Shown here: positions 23,900 to 32,000 of the stretch, one piece after another | Layout: every line of letters starts with the position of its first letter | How positions within the stretch are numbered: position 1 is the first letter of the stretch | Assembly (NCBI RefSeq): GCF_003353065.1 | Contig: NZ_CP027806.1 | Location: 1,411,353-1,443,352, forward strand | Reading direction: 5' to 3' | Length of the DNA stretch: 32,000 nucleotides | Source of the DNA: Cyclonatronum proteinivorum | GTDB lineage: Bacteria; Bacteroidota; Rhodothermia; Balneolales; Cyclonatronaceae | Program-made: the position numbers and the translations under genes | The notes under the pieces: model-generated | Database searches by the model: none | Told to the model about the DNA's origin: nothing | What the model saw: only the letters and a program-made list of their open reading frames with translations

Positions 23900-26182
23900 T
23901 TAATTCTGACTGTGGAAGGTCCGGTTCACGACGTCGAGCTGCTGCTCACGGGTGAGCTTGTGGAAGTTCACGGCATAGCCGCTCACGCGCACGGTCAGCT
24001 GCGGGTACTGCTCCGGATGCTGCATGGCATCGAGCAGGGTCTCGCGGTCGAACACGTTCACGTTGATGTGATGTCCGCCGGCACCGAAGTAGGTGTCGAG
24101 CAGTCCGGTCAGGTTGGCGGTGCGCTCCTTGTCGCTGCGGCCCAGTGCTTTAGGCACGATGGAGAAGGTATAGGAGATGCCGTCCTGCGCGAATTCGTAG
24201 GGCAGCTTGGCAACGCTCATCATGCTTGCTACTGCGCCGTTGAGGTCGCGGCCGTGCATGGGGTTGGCACCCGGCGCGAAGGGCTCGCCTTTCTTGCGGC
24301 CATCCGGGGTGTTGCCGGTTTTGAGGCCGTACACCACGTTGGAGGTAATCGTGAGCACCGACTGTGTCGGGATGGCGTTCCGGTAGGTCGGCTGCTTGGC
24401 GAGCTTGCCCATGAAGCTTTTCACGAGGTCGCGGGCGATGCCGTCCACGCGGTCGTCGTTGTTGCCGAAGGTCGGGTAGTCGCCGGTGGTTTCGAAGTTC
24501 ACGGCCAGACCGCGCTCATCGCGGATAATGCGGACATCGGCGTACTTCACGGCGCTCAGGGAGTCGGCTACAACCGAGAGTCCTGCGATACCGCAGGCCA
24601 TGGTGCGCATCACATCGCGGTCGTGCAGGGCCATTTCGAGACGCTCGTAGTAGTATTTGTCGTGCATGTAGTGGATGATGTTGAGCGCGTTCATGTACAC
24701 CTGCGCGAGCCAGTCGTTCATGGCTTCGAAGCGGGGCATGAGTTCATCCCAGGTGAGGCGGTCGCTGGTTATGGGTGCAAGCTGCGGACCCACCTGCTCA
24801 CCGCTGATTTCATCGCGGCCCCCGTTGATGGCGTAAAGCAGCGTTTTGGCGAGGTTGGCCCGGGCGCCGAAAAACTGCATCTGCTTGCCAATGCGCATGG
24901 CTGAAACACAGCAGGCAATGCCGTAGTCGTCGCCCCAGTAGGTGCGCATCAGGTCGTCGTTTTCATACTGAAGGGAGGAGGTGCGGATGGAAGTCTCTGC
25001 GCAGAAATCTTTGAAGCCCTGCGGCAGACGGTCGCTCCATAAGATGGTCAGGTTCGGCTCGGGTGCCGGACCCAGATTGTGCAGGGTTTGGAGCATCCGG
25101 AAAGCGGTCTTGCTTACCAGGGTGCGTCCGTCGGTGCCCATGCCGCCGATGGCTTCGGTAACCCAGGTGGGGTCGCCGGAGAAGAGCTCGTTGTAGTCGG
25201 GCGTACGCATGAAGCGCACCATGCGGAGCTTCATCACGAAGTGATCAATCAGCTCCTGCGCCTGTGCTTCGGTCAGGACGCCTTCTGCCAGATCGCGCTC
25301 GAAGTAAATGTCAAGAAAGGTAGAAACACGACCGAGCGACATTGCGGCGCCGTTCTGCTCTTTAACCGCGCCGAGGTAGGCAAGGTAGAGCCACTGCACG
25401 GCTTCGGTAGCGTTTTCAGCCGGTCTTGTGATGTCGAAGCCGTAGGTCGCGGCCATGCGCTCGAGCTCTTTCAGGGCATTGACCTGCTCCTTGAGTTCTT
25501 CGCGCAGCCGGATGGTTTCTTCGTTCAGGCTCGCCATTTCGAGGGATGCGCGCTGCTGATGCTTGTCCGCAATCAGGCGGGCGGTACCGTAGAGGGCTGC
25601 GCGGCGGTAGTCGCCGATGATGCGTCCGCGGGCATAGGCATCGGGCAGACCGGTCACGATGCCGGACTTCCGTGCTTTCTTAATATCTGCGGTGTAGCCG
25701 TCGAAAACGCCATCGTTGTGGGTTTTGCGGAGCTTCAGCATGGCAGCTTCGGTCGCCTCGGACAGCTGATAGCCGTTGCTTTCGAGGGCGCTTTTGGCCA
25801 TGCGCAGGCCGCCGAACGGCATCAGCGCACGTTTGAGCGGCTTCTCGGTTTGCAGGCCCACGATGCGCTCGAGGTCTTTGTCAATGTAGCCTGCCGGGTG
25901 CGTATCCACGCCGGAAATAATTTCGGAATCGGCATCAAGCACGCCGCCCTTGTTGCGCTCGTCTTTCATCAGGTTGAGGACCTGTTGCCAGAGCAGCCGG
26001 GTGTCGTCGGTAGGACCGGCGAGGAAAGAAGCGTTGCCGGTAAAAGGGGTGTAGTTTTGCTGAATAAAATCGCGCACGTCAATTTCGTGGTTCCAGATAC
26101 CGGTCTTAAAATTCCGGTAGCAGCGGGGCGATTCGTCCGTCAGGAAGGGAAGGTCAGCAGCAGAAGAGGTCTTGTTGAACAT
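23900..26182 (-). CDS. pflB: Formate C-acetyltransferase (pyruvate formate-lyase)
   Basis: At 760 aa it carries the glycyl-radical motif [11 protein letters not shown] near the C-terminus and the active-site Cys pair in GIACCVSAM. Confidence 0.97.
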   Translation of the reverse strand: MFNKTSSAADLPFLTDESPRCYRNFKTGIWNHEIDVRDFIQQNYTPFTGNASFLAGPTDDTRLLWQQVLNLMKDERNKGGVLDADSEIISGVDTHPAGYIDKDLERIVGLQTEKPLKRALMPFGGLRMAKSALESNGYQLSEATEAAMLKLRKTHNDGVFDGYTADIKKARKSGIVTGLPDAYARGRIIGDYRRAALYGTARLIADKHQQRASLEMASLNEETIRLREELKEQVNALKELERMAATYGFDITRPAENATEAVQWLYLAYLGAVKEQNGAAMSLGRVSTFLDIYFERDLAEGVLTEAQAQELIDHFVMKLRMVRFMRTPDYNELFSGDPTWVTEAIGGMGTDGRTLVSKTAFRMLQTLHNLGPAPEPNLTILWSDRLPQGFKDFCAETSIRTSSLQYENDDLMRTYWGDDYGIACCVSAMRIGKQMQFFGARANLAKTLLYAINGGRDEISGEQVGPQLAPITSDRLTWDELMPRFEAMNDWLAQVYMNALNIIHYMHDKYYYERLEMALHDRDVMRTMACGIAGLSVVADSLSAVKYADVRIIRDERGLAVNFETTGDYPTFGNNDDRVDGIARDLVKSFMGKLAKQPTYRNAIPTQSVLTITSNVVYGLKTGNTPDGRKKGEPFAPGANPMHGRDLNGAVASMMSVAKLPYEFAQDGISYTFSIVPKALGRSDKERTANLTGLLDTYFGAGGHHINVNVFDRETLLDAMQHPEQYPQLTVRVSGYAVNFHKLTREQQLDVVNRTFHSQN

Positions 26183-26699
26183 GGGTCAAAATAGGTTAGT
26201 CATTATTCTAATACGAATATCAGAATATACCCATTTTTATTGCTTCCTGAAAGTAAAATCGCAGCATACACACAATAAGCCGCGATTAGGCGCTCAAATG
26301 GCCTGCAAAACCTAATGGAAGCGCTATTATATCGAAGGAAAAAAATGATAATAAAAAGGAACCCTGAACCCGGCTGCTCAGCTGTTCCTGATTTTTATTT
26401 TTTTGGGGGGGATTTCGAGAACATCACAGTCTTTCGTGGCAGGTCATGAGCTCCCGAATCAAATATGAGGGCATTGCTTTTTTTGTGTGAAGGCAAGAAG
26501 GAGGCGCAAAGGTCGCAAAGCGATGAGATTTAGAGGAATTGAGCTATCCTGACGAACAGTGTTTCTATGAATATGCGATTCAGTGATTCTTTAAAACCGG
26601 AGTCAGCCAACGTATGTGCCATTCAAGTATAAGCTTGCAATGTTTACTATGCTCAAAAAACCTGCTCAAAGTGAGCAAGAATGCTCGTATCAACTACAA

Positions 26700-26909
26700 T
26701 CATGGCCTTCCACGATCAATCGAATTCTGAATTTCTTCAGCTGACAAACTCCCCCTCACTTTTTTTCTCATCATCCGCGCCTGCCGCAAAATTTCATCAG
26801 GATAAACACGTCTCGGCTGAACGGACTGCTCCAAATGGTATGAGAGCAGACTTTGGGAGAATGGAAATTTATCCCAAAGCCTGCCTGTGTATAAGGTTTC
26901 ATTTAGCAA
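26700..26909 (-). CDS. Small hypothetical protein (69 aa)
   Basis: The ORF starts 9 nt after the stop of the co-directional hydrolase gene. It is AT-richer than its surroundings and no family was recognised. An overlapping plus-strand ORF (26681-26938) is equally unsupported. Confidence 0.3.
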   Translation of the reverse strand: MLNETLYTGRLWDKFPFSQSLLSYHLEQSVQPRRVYPDEILRQARMMRKKVRGSLSAEEIQNSIDRGRP

Positions 26910-26918
26910 AGCCCAAAC

Positions 26919-27554
26919 CTATCCCGCGCGATCAATAATTTTTTGTGCTTTGAGGATTTCATCCATCACGATGGTGTGGCCCATGTCGGGATAGATTACG
27001 GTTTCGACCGAGGCGCCCCGGGATTCGAGCTGTTTGGCGGTTTCGTGCACACGGCTCTCGGGGATGTGGAAATCGTTGTCGCTGCAGCCGAGAAAGACGG
27101 GCGTTCCGGCGAAATCGCCGCTGTAGGTCCCGGGATTGATCTGATCTCCGATGAGTCCGCCGCTGAAGCCGATGACACCGCCCCATCGGGCTGCGTTGCG
27201 TGCGGCAAATTCTGTGGCAAGACAGGCGCCCTGACTAAATCCCAGCAAAACTATTTGCTCATGGCGTTTTCCTTGTGACAGCAAGTCGTCTGTGATGGTT
27301 TTCAGGCTGCTGAGCGCTGAATCGAGCCAGGGCTGATTTTCTTTGGTGGGCCGCATGAAGGAGTAAGGGTACCAGGTGTGGTTCGCGGCCTGAGGCGCGA
27401 TGAAGGCCGCGTCAACGACATTGAATTCCTGCGCGAGCGTGAGTATGCTCTCCGCGGAAGCCCCGCGTCCGTGAATCATGAGGATGATACGCTCGGCATC
27501 AGCAATGCTGCTGCCGGTATGGAATAGATGTTTCGGGTCGTGGAGGGTTTTCAT
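26919..27554 (-). CDS. Alpha/beta hydrolase, phospholipase/carboxylesterase family
   Basis: Motifs are ILMIHGRGAS, the nucleophile elbow LLGFSQGACLA, and a late D...H (CSDNDFHIP ... DMGHTI). The start is taken at ATG 27554 (MKTLHDPK...) rather than 27608. Confidence 0.8.
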   Translation of the reverse strand: MKTLHDPKHLFHTGSSIADAERIILMIHGRGASAESILTLAQEFNVVDAAFIAPQAANHTWYPYSFMRPTKENQPWLDSALSSLKTITDDLLSQGKRHEQIVLLGFSQGACLATEFAARNAARWGGVIGFSGGLIGDQINPGTYSGDFAGTPVFLGCSDNDFHIPESRVHETAKQLESRGASVETVIYPDMGHTIVMDEILKAQKIIDRAG

Positions 27555-27902
27555 TGTGGTGTGAATTGTTTTTGTATTGAATTTTATTTGTTGCAACAAA
27601 TAATTCATTCGGATGTGAAATCATTCATCCTGTAGGGTGCTGATACCGGTATTTTGCCGGGTTGCGGAATCAAACAGGATTTGTGGTCCGGGATTGCAGA
27701 GACGGCATGGATTGTGTTTCTAATCCAGTGCGACTTTGCCGCTTTGTATTGCGACTTATCCGGCTTGTATTACCCCAGCCCCAAAAAAAGCAAGGGGTTC
27801 AAATTATGATTTGGGAACGCTGATCTGCCACGAATGACCGTGATGCTCACGGCGTTTCCCTCAAAAAATAAAAAATGTTCGGAAAGGTCCGGACGGTGCG
27901 GC

Positions 27903-28382
27903 TCAGGCTGAGGGGGTGCCGACATTGTGCATGCAGAGGCCCTGGGCTTTTACGTAGCGGATGTAAACCGGGTGCTCGCGGTCTTCGTCGAGGAAGCGCA
28001 TGCGTACGATGTGCTGTAGTTCGATGTGCTGCAGCTGATCGGGCGGGATGTCGAAGCGGGCGGCTTGTTCGGGGCTAAGTTTGCGCAGCTCGGTAACTTT
28101 TTCGTTGAGGAAATCCATGTATTCGACCGAGGGTTTGCCGTCGCGGAGCCAGTGGAAGATGAGGCTGTAGACGGCGTTGCTCGTGTGACGCATTTGTTCG
28201 GCGAGCTCGGGCGGGAGTTTGTCGTGCGGCATGTGGTGCACGAAGATGTAGAGCTGCAGGGCGCGCTCGAACAGTGGTTTTTCGCGGCCTTCAATGCGGA
28301 TTTCGTAGCGGAGCTCGGGTTTGGAGGCTTTTTTTTGAGCGCTTTTGCTGTCGGCTTTGCGTCGCTTGAAAAATGAAAACAT
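27903..28382 (-). CDS. Hypothetical protein (159 aa)
   Basis: The start is moved to ATG 28382 (MFSFFKRRKADSK...). The tracked 236-aa ORF would overlap the MGMT-family gene and its extra N-terminus is R/P/H-rich junk. No family recognised. Confidence 0.5.
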   Translation of the reverse strand: MFSFFKRRKADSKSAQKKASKPELRYEIRIEGREKPLFERALQLYIFVHHMPHDKLPPELAEQMRHTSNAVYSLIFHWLRDGKPSVEYMDFLNEKVTELRKLSPEQAARFDIPPDQLQHIELQHIVRMRFLDEDREHPVYIRYVKAQGLCMHNVGTPSA

Positions 28383-28453
28383 GGTTTTGGACTTGGAGGT
28401 CTGTCTCAGGACGTTGGATTGAACGGGTTTCCGTATGATATTGTGGGGGCAAC

Positions 28454-28795
28454 TTACAAAGCTTCGGCCGGATCCCAAAAATGGCGGTCGAGGTCGATGG
28501 TGTCTTCGTCGAGAAAGGTGATGTTTTCCTGCCGGAGTAGGGCTTCCATGAGGCCGGGACCGAAGTAGGCTTTGCCGCTGAGCTGTCCGAGCCGGTTGAC
28601 GACGCGATGGCACGGGAGCTCGGGGCCGTCGGATTTGAGGGTGAGGTTGAGGGCGTAGCCGACCATGCGGGCGCTGCCGCCTATGCCGAGGTAGCGGGCG
28701 ATGGCGCCGTAGGTGGTGACGCGTCCGTGCGGTATGCGGGCGACGACTTCATAGACGCGGTCGTAAAAATCGGCTTTATCAGGCTTGGCAGTCAT
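28454..28795 (-). CDS. MGMT-family protein (methylated-DNA-protein-cysteine methyltransferase DNA-binding domain)
   Basis: IPHGRVTTYGAIA...GSARMVGYAL...LPCHRVVN is the PCHRV active-site/DNA-binding signature. The start is taken at ATG 28795 (MTAKPDKADFYDRVYEVV). Confidence 0.8.
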   Translation of the reverse strand: MTAKPDKADFYDRVYEVVARIPHGRVTTYGAIARYLGIGGSARMVGYALNLTLKSDGPELPCHRVVNRLGQLSGKAYFGPGLMEALLRQENITFLDEDTIDLDRHFWDPAEAL

Positions 28796-29687
28796 CAAGG
28801 AGGGCGAGGAGTTCGTCGTAGGTTTCGGGGGTGAGGCGGTTATCGGAGCGGGCAATGCCGGCGGCTACGCGCCCGAGGAGGCGGTAGGCGGCTGAGAGGT
28901 CTGTGTCGTCGGTTAGTTCAGGGGAGCCAAGGTTTTGCAGGTGGGCTTTTACGGTAGAGCTGTCTCCCCGGCTTACGGGGCCGGTCAGGGCCGCAGCGGT
29001 GCCTTTGGCGAAGAGGTTTTGGAGCGTGCTTTCCATGAGCGGGCGCAGGAGCTGGGTTGCGGGCTTTGACAGGCCGGGTGCAGCGCGCTCAGACAGGGCC
29101 GCGAGGGCGACCATATAATTGGAAGCAAAAACGGCTGCGAGGTGGAGCTGTTTTTTCTGTTTGGCATCAACCGTAACGGGCTTGCAGCCCAGGGCGCGGG
29201 CGACGCGGGTCAGCTGTGCGGCGACGGGTGCTGCGCCGAGCACGCTTGCGTAAATGCCTTCAAAACTTGCGGCGTCGGCCCCTTCCGGGAAGGTTTGGAG
29301 CGGGTGCAGGGATCCGGTTTGGATACCGCGCTCTTGTAGGGGGGTAAGTGGTTCGAGATCGTGTGCCCCGGACAAATGGACTACACAGGCGTCGGGGCCG
29401 GCCGTTGGAATGTGGCACAGCTGTTGGGCAAGCGCCGGAAGCGCATCATCGGAAACACACAGGAAGGTCAGTGCTTCAAGGCGCTGCATTTCGGAGATTC
29501 CCCCATATTTCGGCGCACCGTTATTTCGTGCTATGCGTTCGGCTTCATCGGTATTTCGCGCAAAAATACCGTTCAAACACAGTTCGCTTGTGCTTGAGCC
29601 GGTCAGGGCAGCGGCAAGGGCTTTTGCGACCCTGCCGCTGCCAATGATGGTGCAGTTAAGCTGTTCCTGTGCTTTGCTTTTTGGCAT
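28779..29687 (-). CDS. Rossmann-fold NAD(P)-binding protein, DUF2520-like
   Basis: From ATG 29687 the N-terminus is MPKSKAQEQLNCTIIGSGRVAKALAAAL, a GxGxxA dinucleotide fold. The C-terminal part LTGPVSRGDSSTVKAHL is typical of DUF2520 proteins as I recall them. The tracked upstream extension is R/P-rich and overlaps the next gene. Confidence 0.6.
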   Translation of the reverse strand: MPKSKAQEQLNCTIIGSGRVAKALAAALTGSSTSELCLNGIFARNTDEAERIARNNGAPKYGGISEMQRLEALTFLCVSDDALPALAQQLCHIPTAGPDACVVHLSGAHDLEPLTPLQERGIQTGSLHPLQTFPEGADAASFEGIYASVLGAAPVAAQLTRVARALGCKPVTVDAKQKKQLHLAAVFASNYMVALAALSERAAPGLSKPATQLLRPLMESTLQNLFAKGTAAALTGPVSRGDSSTVKAHLQNLGSPELTDDTDLSAAYRLLGRVAAGIARSDNRLTPETYDELLALLDDCQA

Positions 29688-29707
29688 GCTGTGATGGTGG
29701 CGGCGTT

Positions 29708-30463
29708 TCAGGGCGCCGGGTTGGACCGGCTGCGCAGCTGCGCGTAGCCTGACAGGCAAACGGGTTCGCCCGGAGCCGGGATGTACAGGTGCGTTTCCAG
29801 CTCCCACTCGGCAGCGGTGAGGCTTCCGGATGATATCGGAGCGCTGTCGGTGATACCGGCATCACCGGTATTCAGGTAGTTCTTGATTCGGGAAAACGAT
29901 TTGCCGTTGATGTAGTCTTTGAGCTTTTTAAGCTGTTCGGGGGAAGAGCCGGAGGCATCCGCACAGAAAATAATCAGGGCGTTGCGGTCGCGCATGAGTT
30001 CGGCGATGGCGTTTGCAAGTTCGCGCACGATGGAAGATTGTGCATGCACGATCTGAATGCTGAGCACGCGAAAATTATCGAGGGTACACTGCAGCATCAT
30101 CAGGTGTTCATGGATGGCCATGTCGTCGCTGAAGCCGGCGTCGTCGATGTAGAAATCGTCGTCTTCATCGCAAAAATCGTTGCGCAGGGCGTCGTTTACC
30201 GCAACTTCGCCGAGGGGTGTTACAAATACGGGTTCGCTAACCATGGGCAACAGCCGGGGGTGATCGCCCGGGAAAGCTTCAATGATGATGACATCGTCGT
30301 AGTGCTCACCTTTGATGTTGGCGTAGAGTTTGCACATGGCGTCGAAGTTGAATTCGCGGATGTGACGGCCCGCGAATAGAATGCGCACGCGGTTATCGGC
30401 TTGCCGGGTGTATTTGTCGATACCGGCGATGATTTGTTCCCGGGTGTAGGATCGGATACTCAT
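29708..30463 (-). CDS. Memo-like (AmmeMemoRadiSam system protein B-like) protein, tentative
   Basis: The segment DDMAIHEHLMMLQCTL resembles the Memo-family EHS-x-E-x-Q-LPFL region. Overall size fits, but other family motifs were not recognised. Confidence 0.35.
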   Translation of the reverse strand: MSIRSYTREQIIAGIDKYTRQADNRVRILFAGRHIREFNFDAMCKLYANIKGEHYDDVIIIEAFPGDHPRLLPMVSEPVFVTPLGEVAVNDALRNDFCDEDDDFYIDDAGFSDDMAIHEHLMMLQCTLDNFRVLSIQIVHAQSSIVRELANAIAELMRDRNALIIFCADASGSSPEQLKKLKDYINGKSFSRIKNYLNTGDAGITDSAPISSGSLTAAEWELETHLYIPAPGEPVCLSGYAQLRSRSNPAP

Positions 30464-30794
30464 GATAGAATTAAGCGTCGAAGGTCAAATAGGAAGGGGA
30501 AATTTCCGGATTACTCATGATGTGGTCTGCGGGGATTTGCTTTCCGCAAAGAACTAAATGGTTGGAATAAGCCGGATTGGATTTTTTAAAACATCCTTAA
30601 ATATAAGGAGGCTTTTGCTGCAAAGATGCATAGACCGAATGATTCAGGCTTAACAGCGTGTTATTCGGTAAGCTTATAAATATTAAGCACTTGAAGAAAT
30701 ATGTGTAAGCCCAAAAAAGGTTTCATCGGGCGGCTTTGAAAATTTCCCGCCGGTTTTGCTGCCAAGTCAGCCCGTTCGGACAGGTCGTGGTTTT

Positions 30795-31026
30795 TAGCCC
30801 GCATTATTCACCAAGAAATTTTCTTGCTGGCAAGGCGAAGATGAAAACTCAGCGGAGGGGTACCCAAGTACCCTGAGCAGGAGTTTTCAGCTTCAACGCC
30901 GCCAGCGGGGAAATTTCGCAGTCTTTACACCACACTCAAATTTGGGCTACTGAGGTTTTTCATTAGGCCAAATTTAAACATACATTTAGCAAATAAAACT
31001 AGTTTATTAGTGAATAATGCGGGCTA
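30795..31026. mobile_element. MITE-like element, copy 2 (232 bp) carrying a ~90-bp nested insertion
   Basis: Perfect 17-bp TIRs TAGCCCGCATTATTCAC / GTGAATAATGCGGGCTA. It is collinear with copy 1 except for an extra block at about 30823-30910, bounded by GAAATTT direct repeats. That block contains a long hairpin (GAAAACTC...GGGTAC CCAA GTACCC...GAGTTTTC). Confidence 0.75.
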
Positions 31027-31596
31027 GGGATGTTCAACAGCGAGGGCAATCCGAAATTCCCGCCACATGAAGCTCACGGTGAGCGCCTGAAGCGGCGTGC
31101 CGTCTGCACGGACGGTTTTGCACAGGTAGTAATGATCGCCCGCAGGACTAACGGAAACCGCCCGCATGGGGTGTCGCAGACCGGTGCCGGTCATTTTGAG
31201 GAAAGCTTCCTTGAGGGTCCAGAGTTTGAGCGGGGGCAGCTGGTTTTCAAATGCCGCGTCTTCAGCGGATCGTATACGGGCAAGGAGGCGTTCAGGGACC
31301 TTACGGGCAGCGGGTTCGGTGTCAAGACCGATTTGGGGTCCGGTGGAGAGGGCTATGAGTAATAGTCCGCGGGTATGACTTACCGAAATCGGAAAGCTCC
31401 CCGAGTCGGTTTGCAGAAAAGGTTTTCCGCCAGCCAAATGACCGATAACTGCGCTATGGGTGTCCTGACCTGCATCGTGGAGGAGTTCATAGAGTAGTTG
31501 CTGCCTGCAATCGGGGCTGTCCGGCTGTGTGCTCCCGGCAATCCTGACAAGGGGGTTTCCGGCAGATCCTGGTTTGTAGCGGAAAAGGATACTCAA
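31024..31596 (-). CDS. 4'-phosphopantetheinyl transferase (Sfp-type)
   Basis: Motifs GGKPFL, ISVSHT, IGLDTE and WTLKEAFLKMTGTGL match the PPTase superfamily signature. The stop codon TAG (31024-31026) is supplied by the terminal bases of the MITE copy. Confidence 0.8.
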   Translation of the reverse strand: MSILFRYKPGSAGNPLVRIAGSTQPDSPDCRQQLLYELLHDAGQDTHSAVIGHLAGGKPFLQTDSGSFPISVSHTRGLLLIALSTGPQIGLDTEPAARKVPERLLARIRSAEDAAFENQLPPLKLWTLKEAFLKMTGTGLRHPMRAVSVSPAGDHYYLCKTVRADGTPLQALTVSFMWREFRIALAVEHP

Positions 31597-31728
31597 ATCG
31601 GCTTCAGAATTTCGTATTTTGCAAAGTTAATCCGCCCGACTGCGCAGCACCCGTATTTTTGCGGGGAAATGTATGGTCAGAAGGCGGATTACTAATCTAC
31701 CTTTTTTAAAGCACTTTTTTGCTGTTCT

Positions 31729-32000
31729 ATGGAGTCAAACGGATCGCGCTGGTCCCGCTTGTTTATTTTACTTGGTGCCGGGGTCTGGCTCGGCGGTTTT
31801 ATCATGCTGGGCTATGGTGTGGCCCCGGTTAATTTTGGTATTGCGCAGCAATGGGAGCTGGATGGCATGAATCCGGCCATGCCCGAACAGCCGGTTTCGT
31901 ACCGTACGATTGGCGGTGAGCTGACGGGTACGAGTATCGTGCGGCTGAACGTCATGGAATCTTTCAGCCTGTTTTTAATCGTAATCGGCATGGTACTCGC
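31729..32000 (+). CDS. Predicted membrane protein (DUF4149-like), 3' end outside window
   Basis: From ATG 31729 the frame is open to the window end: MESNGSRWSRLFILLGAGVWLGGFIMLGYGVAPVNFGIAQ...SFSLFLIVIGMVL, with two hydrophobic helices. It is absent from the ORF track because no stop lies in the window. Confidence 0.45.
   Translation, partial: MESNGSRWSRLFILLGAGVWLGGFIMLGYGVAPVNFGIAQQWELDGMNPAMPEQPVSYRTIGGELTGTSIVRLNVMESFSLFLIVIGMVL

Noticed and set aside
26681-26938. Plus-strand 85-aa ORF in the AT-rich island
   Set aside because: It has no recognisable motif and overlaps the equally weak minus-strand ORF 26700-26909 and the 3' end of the hydrolase gene. It is likely spurious.
28383-28613. 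Upstream extensions of minus-strand ORFs (27903-28613, 28454-28855, 28779-29807, 26919-27608)
   Set aside because: The extensions are R/P/H/S-rich and overlap the neighbouring gene. Internal ATGs (28382, 28795, 29687, 27554) give N-termini that fit the recognised domains.
1-32000. tRNA, rRNA or known riboswitch genes
   Set aside because: Scanning by eye for T-loop-like GGTTCGAATCC motifs and cloverleaf-sized structured segments in the intergenic regions found nothing convincing. tRNAscan-SE or Infernal would be needed to exclude them formally.

Overview
GC-rich bacterial window with AT-rich intergenic islands. The acidic predicted proteins and a T9SS-type C-terminal sorting domain on a giant protease suggest a (possibly halophilic) Bacteroidota/Rhodothermota/Balneolota-like organism; this is inference. 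Bases 1-12419 form one co-directional locus: two DUF4402/spore-coat-U-like pilin genes, each followed by a PapD-like chaperone gene, then a 366-bp tandem repeat array (~4.2 units, full of perfect palindromes). After the array come an usher-like outer-membrane protein with a TPR tail, a two-TM protein whose cytoplasmic half looks like FliG and whose periplasmic part looks FliF/YscJ-like, a TPR lipoprotein, and a MotA/MotB-type stator pair. No other flagellar genes are in the window. I flag this pilus-plus-rotor/stator combination as the candidate undescribed system. The intergenic spacers in this locus consist of unusual mosaic 7-bp and 8-bp period tracts. The rest is more ordinary: a 1668-aa S8 protease with a T9SS CTD, a coiled-coil membrane protein, and an S10 carboxypeptidase. 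On the minus strand lie pflB-pflA plus an OFA-family MFS transporter, followed by small housekeeping genes (alpha/beta hydrolase, MGMT-family, DUF2520-like, Memo-like, PPTase). Two copies of a MITE-like element with 17-bp terminal inverted repeats are present, one carrying a nested insertion. All family assignments come from motif recognition by eye; no searches were run.
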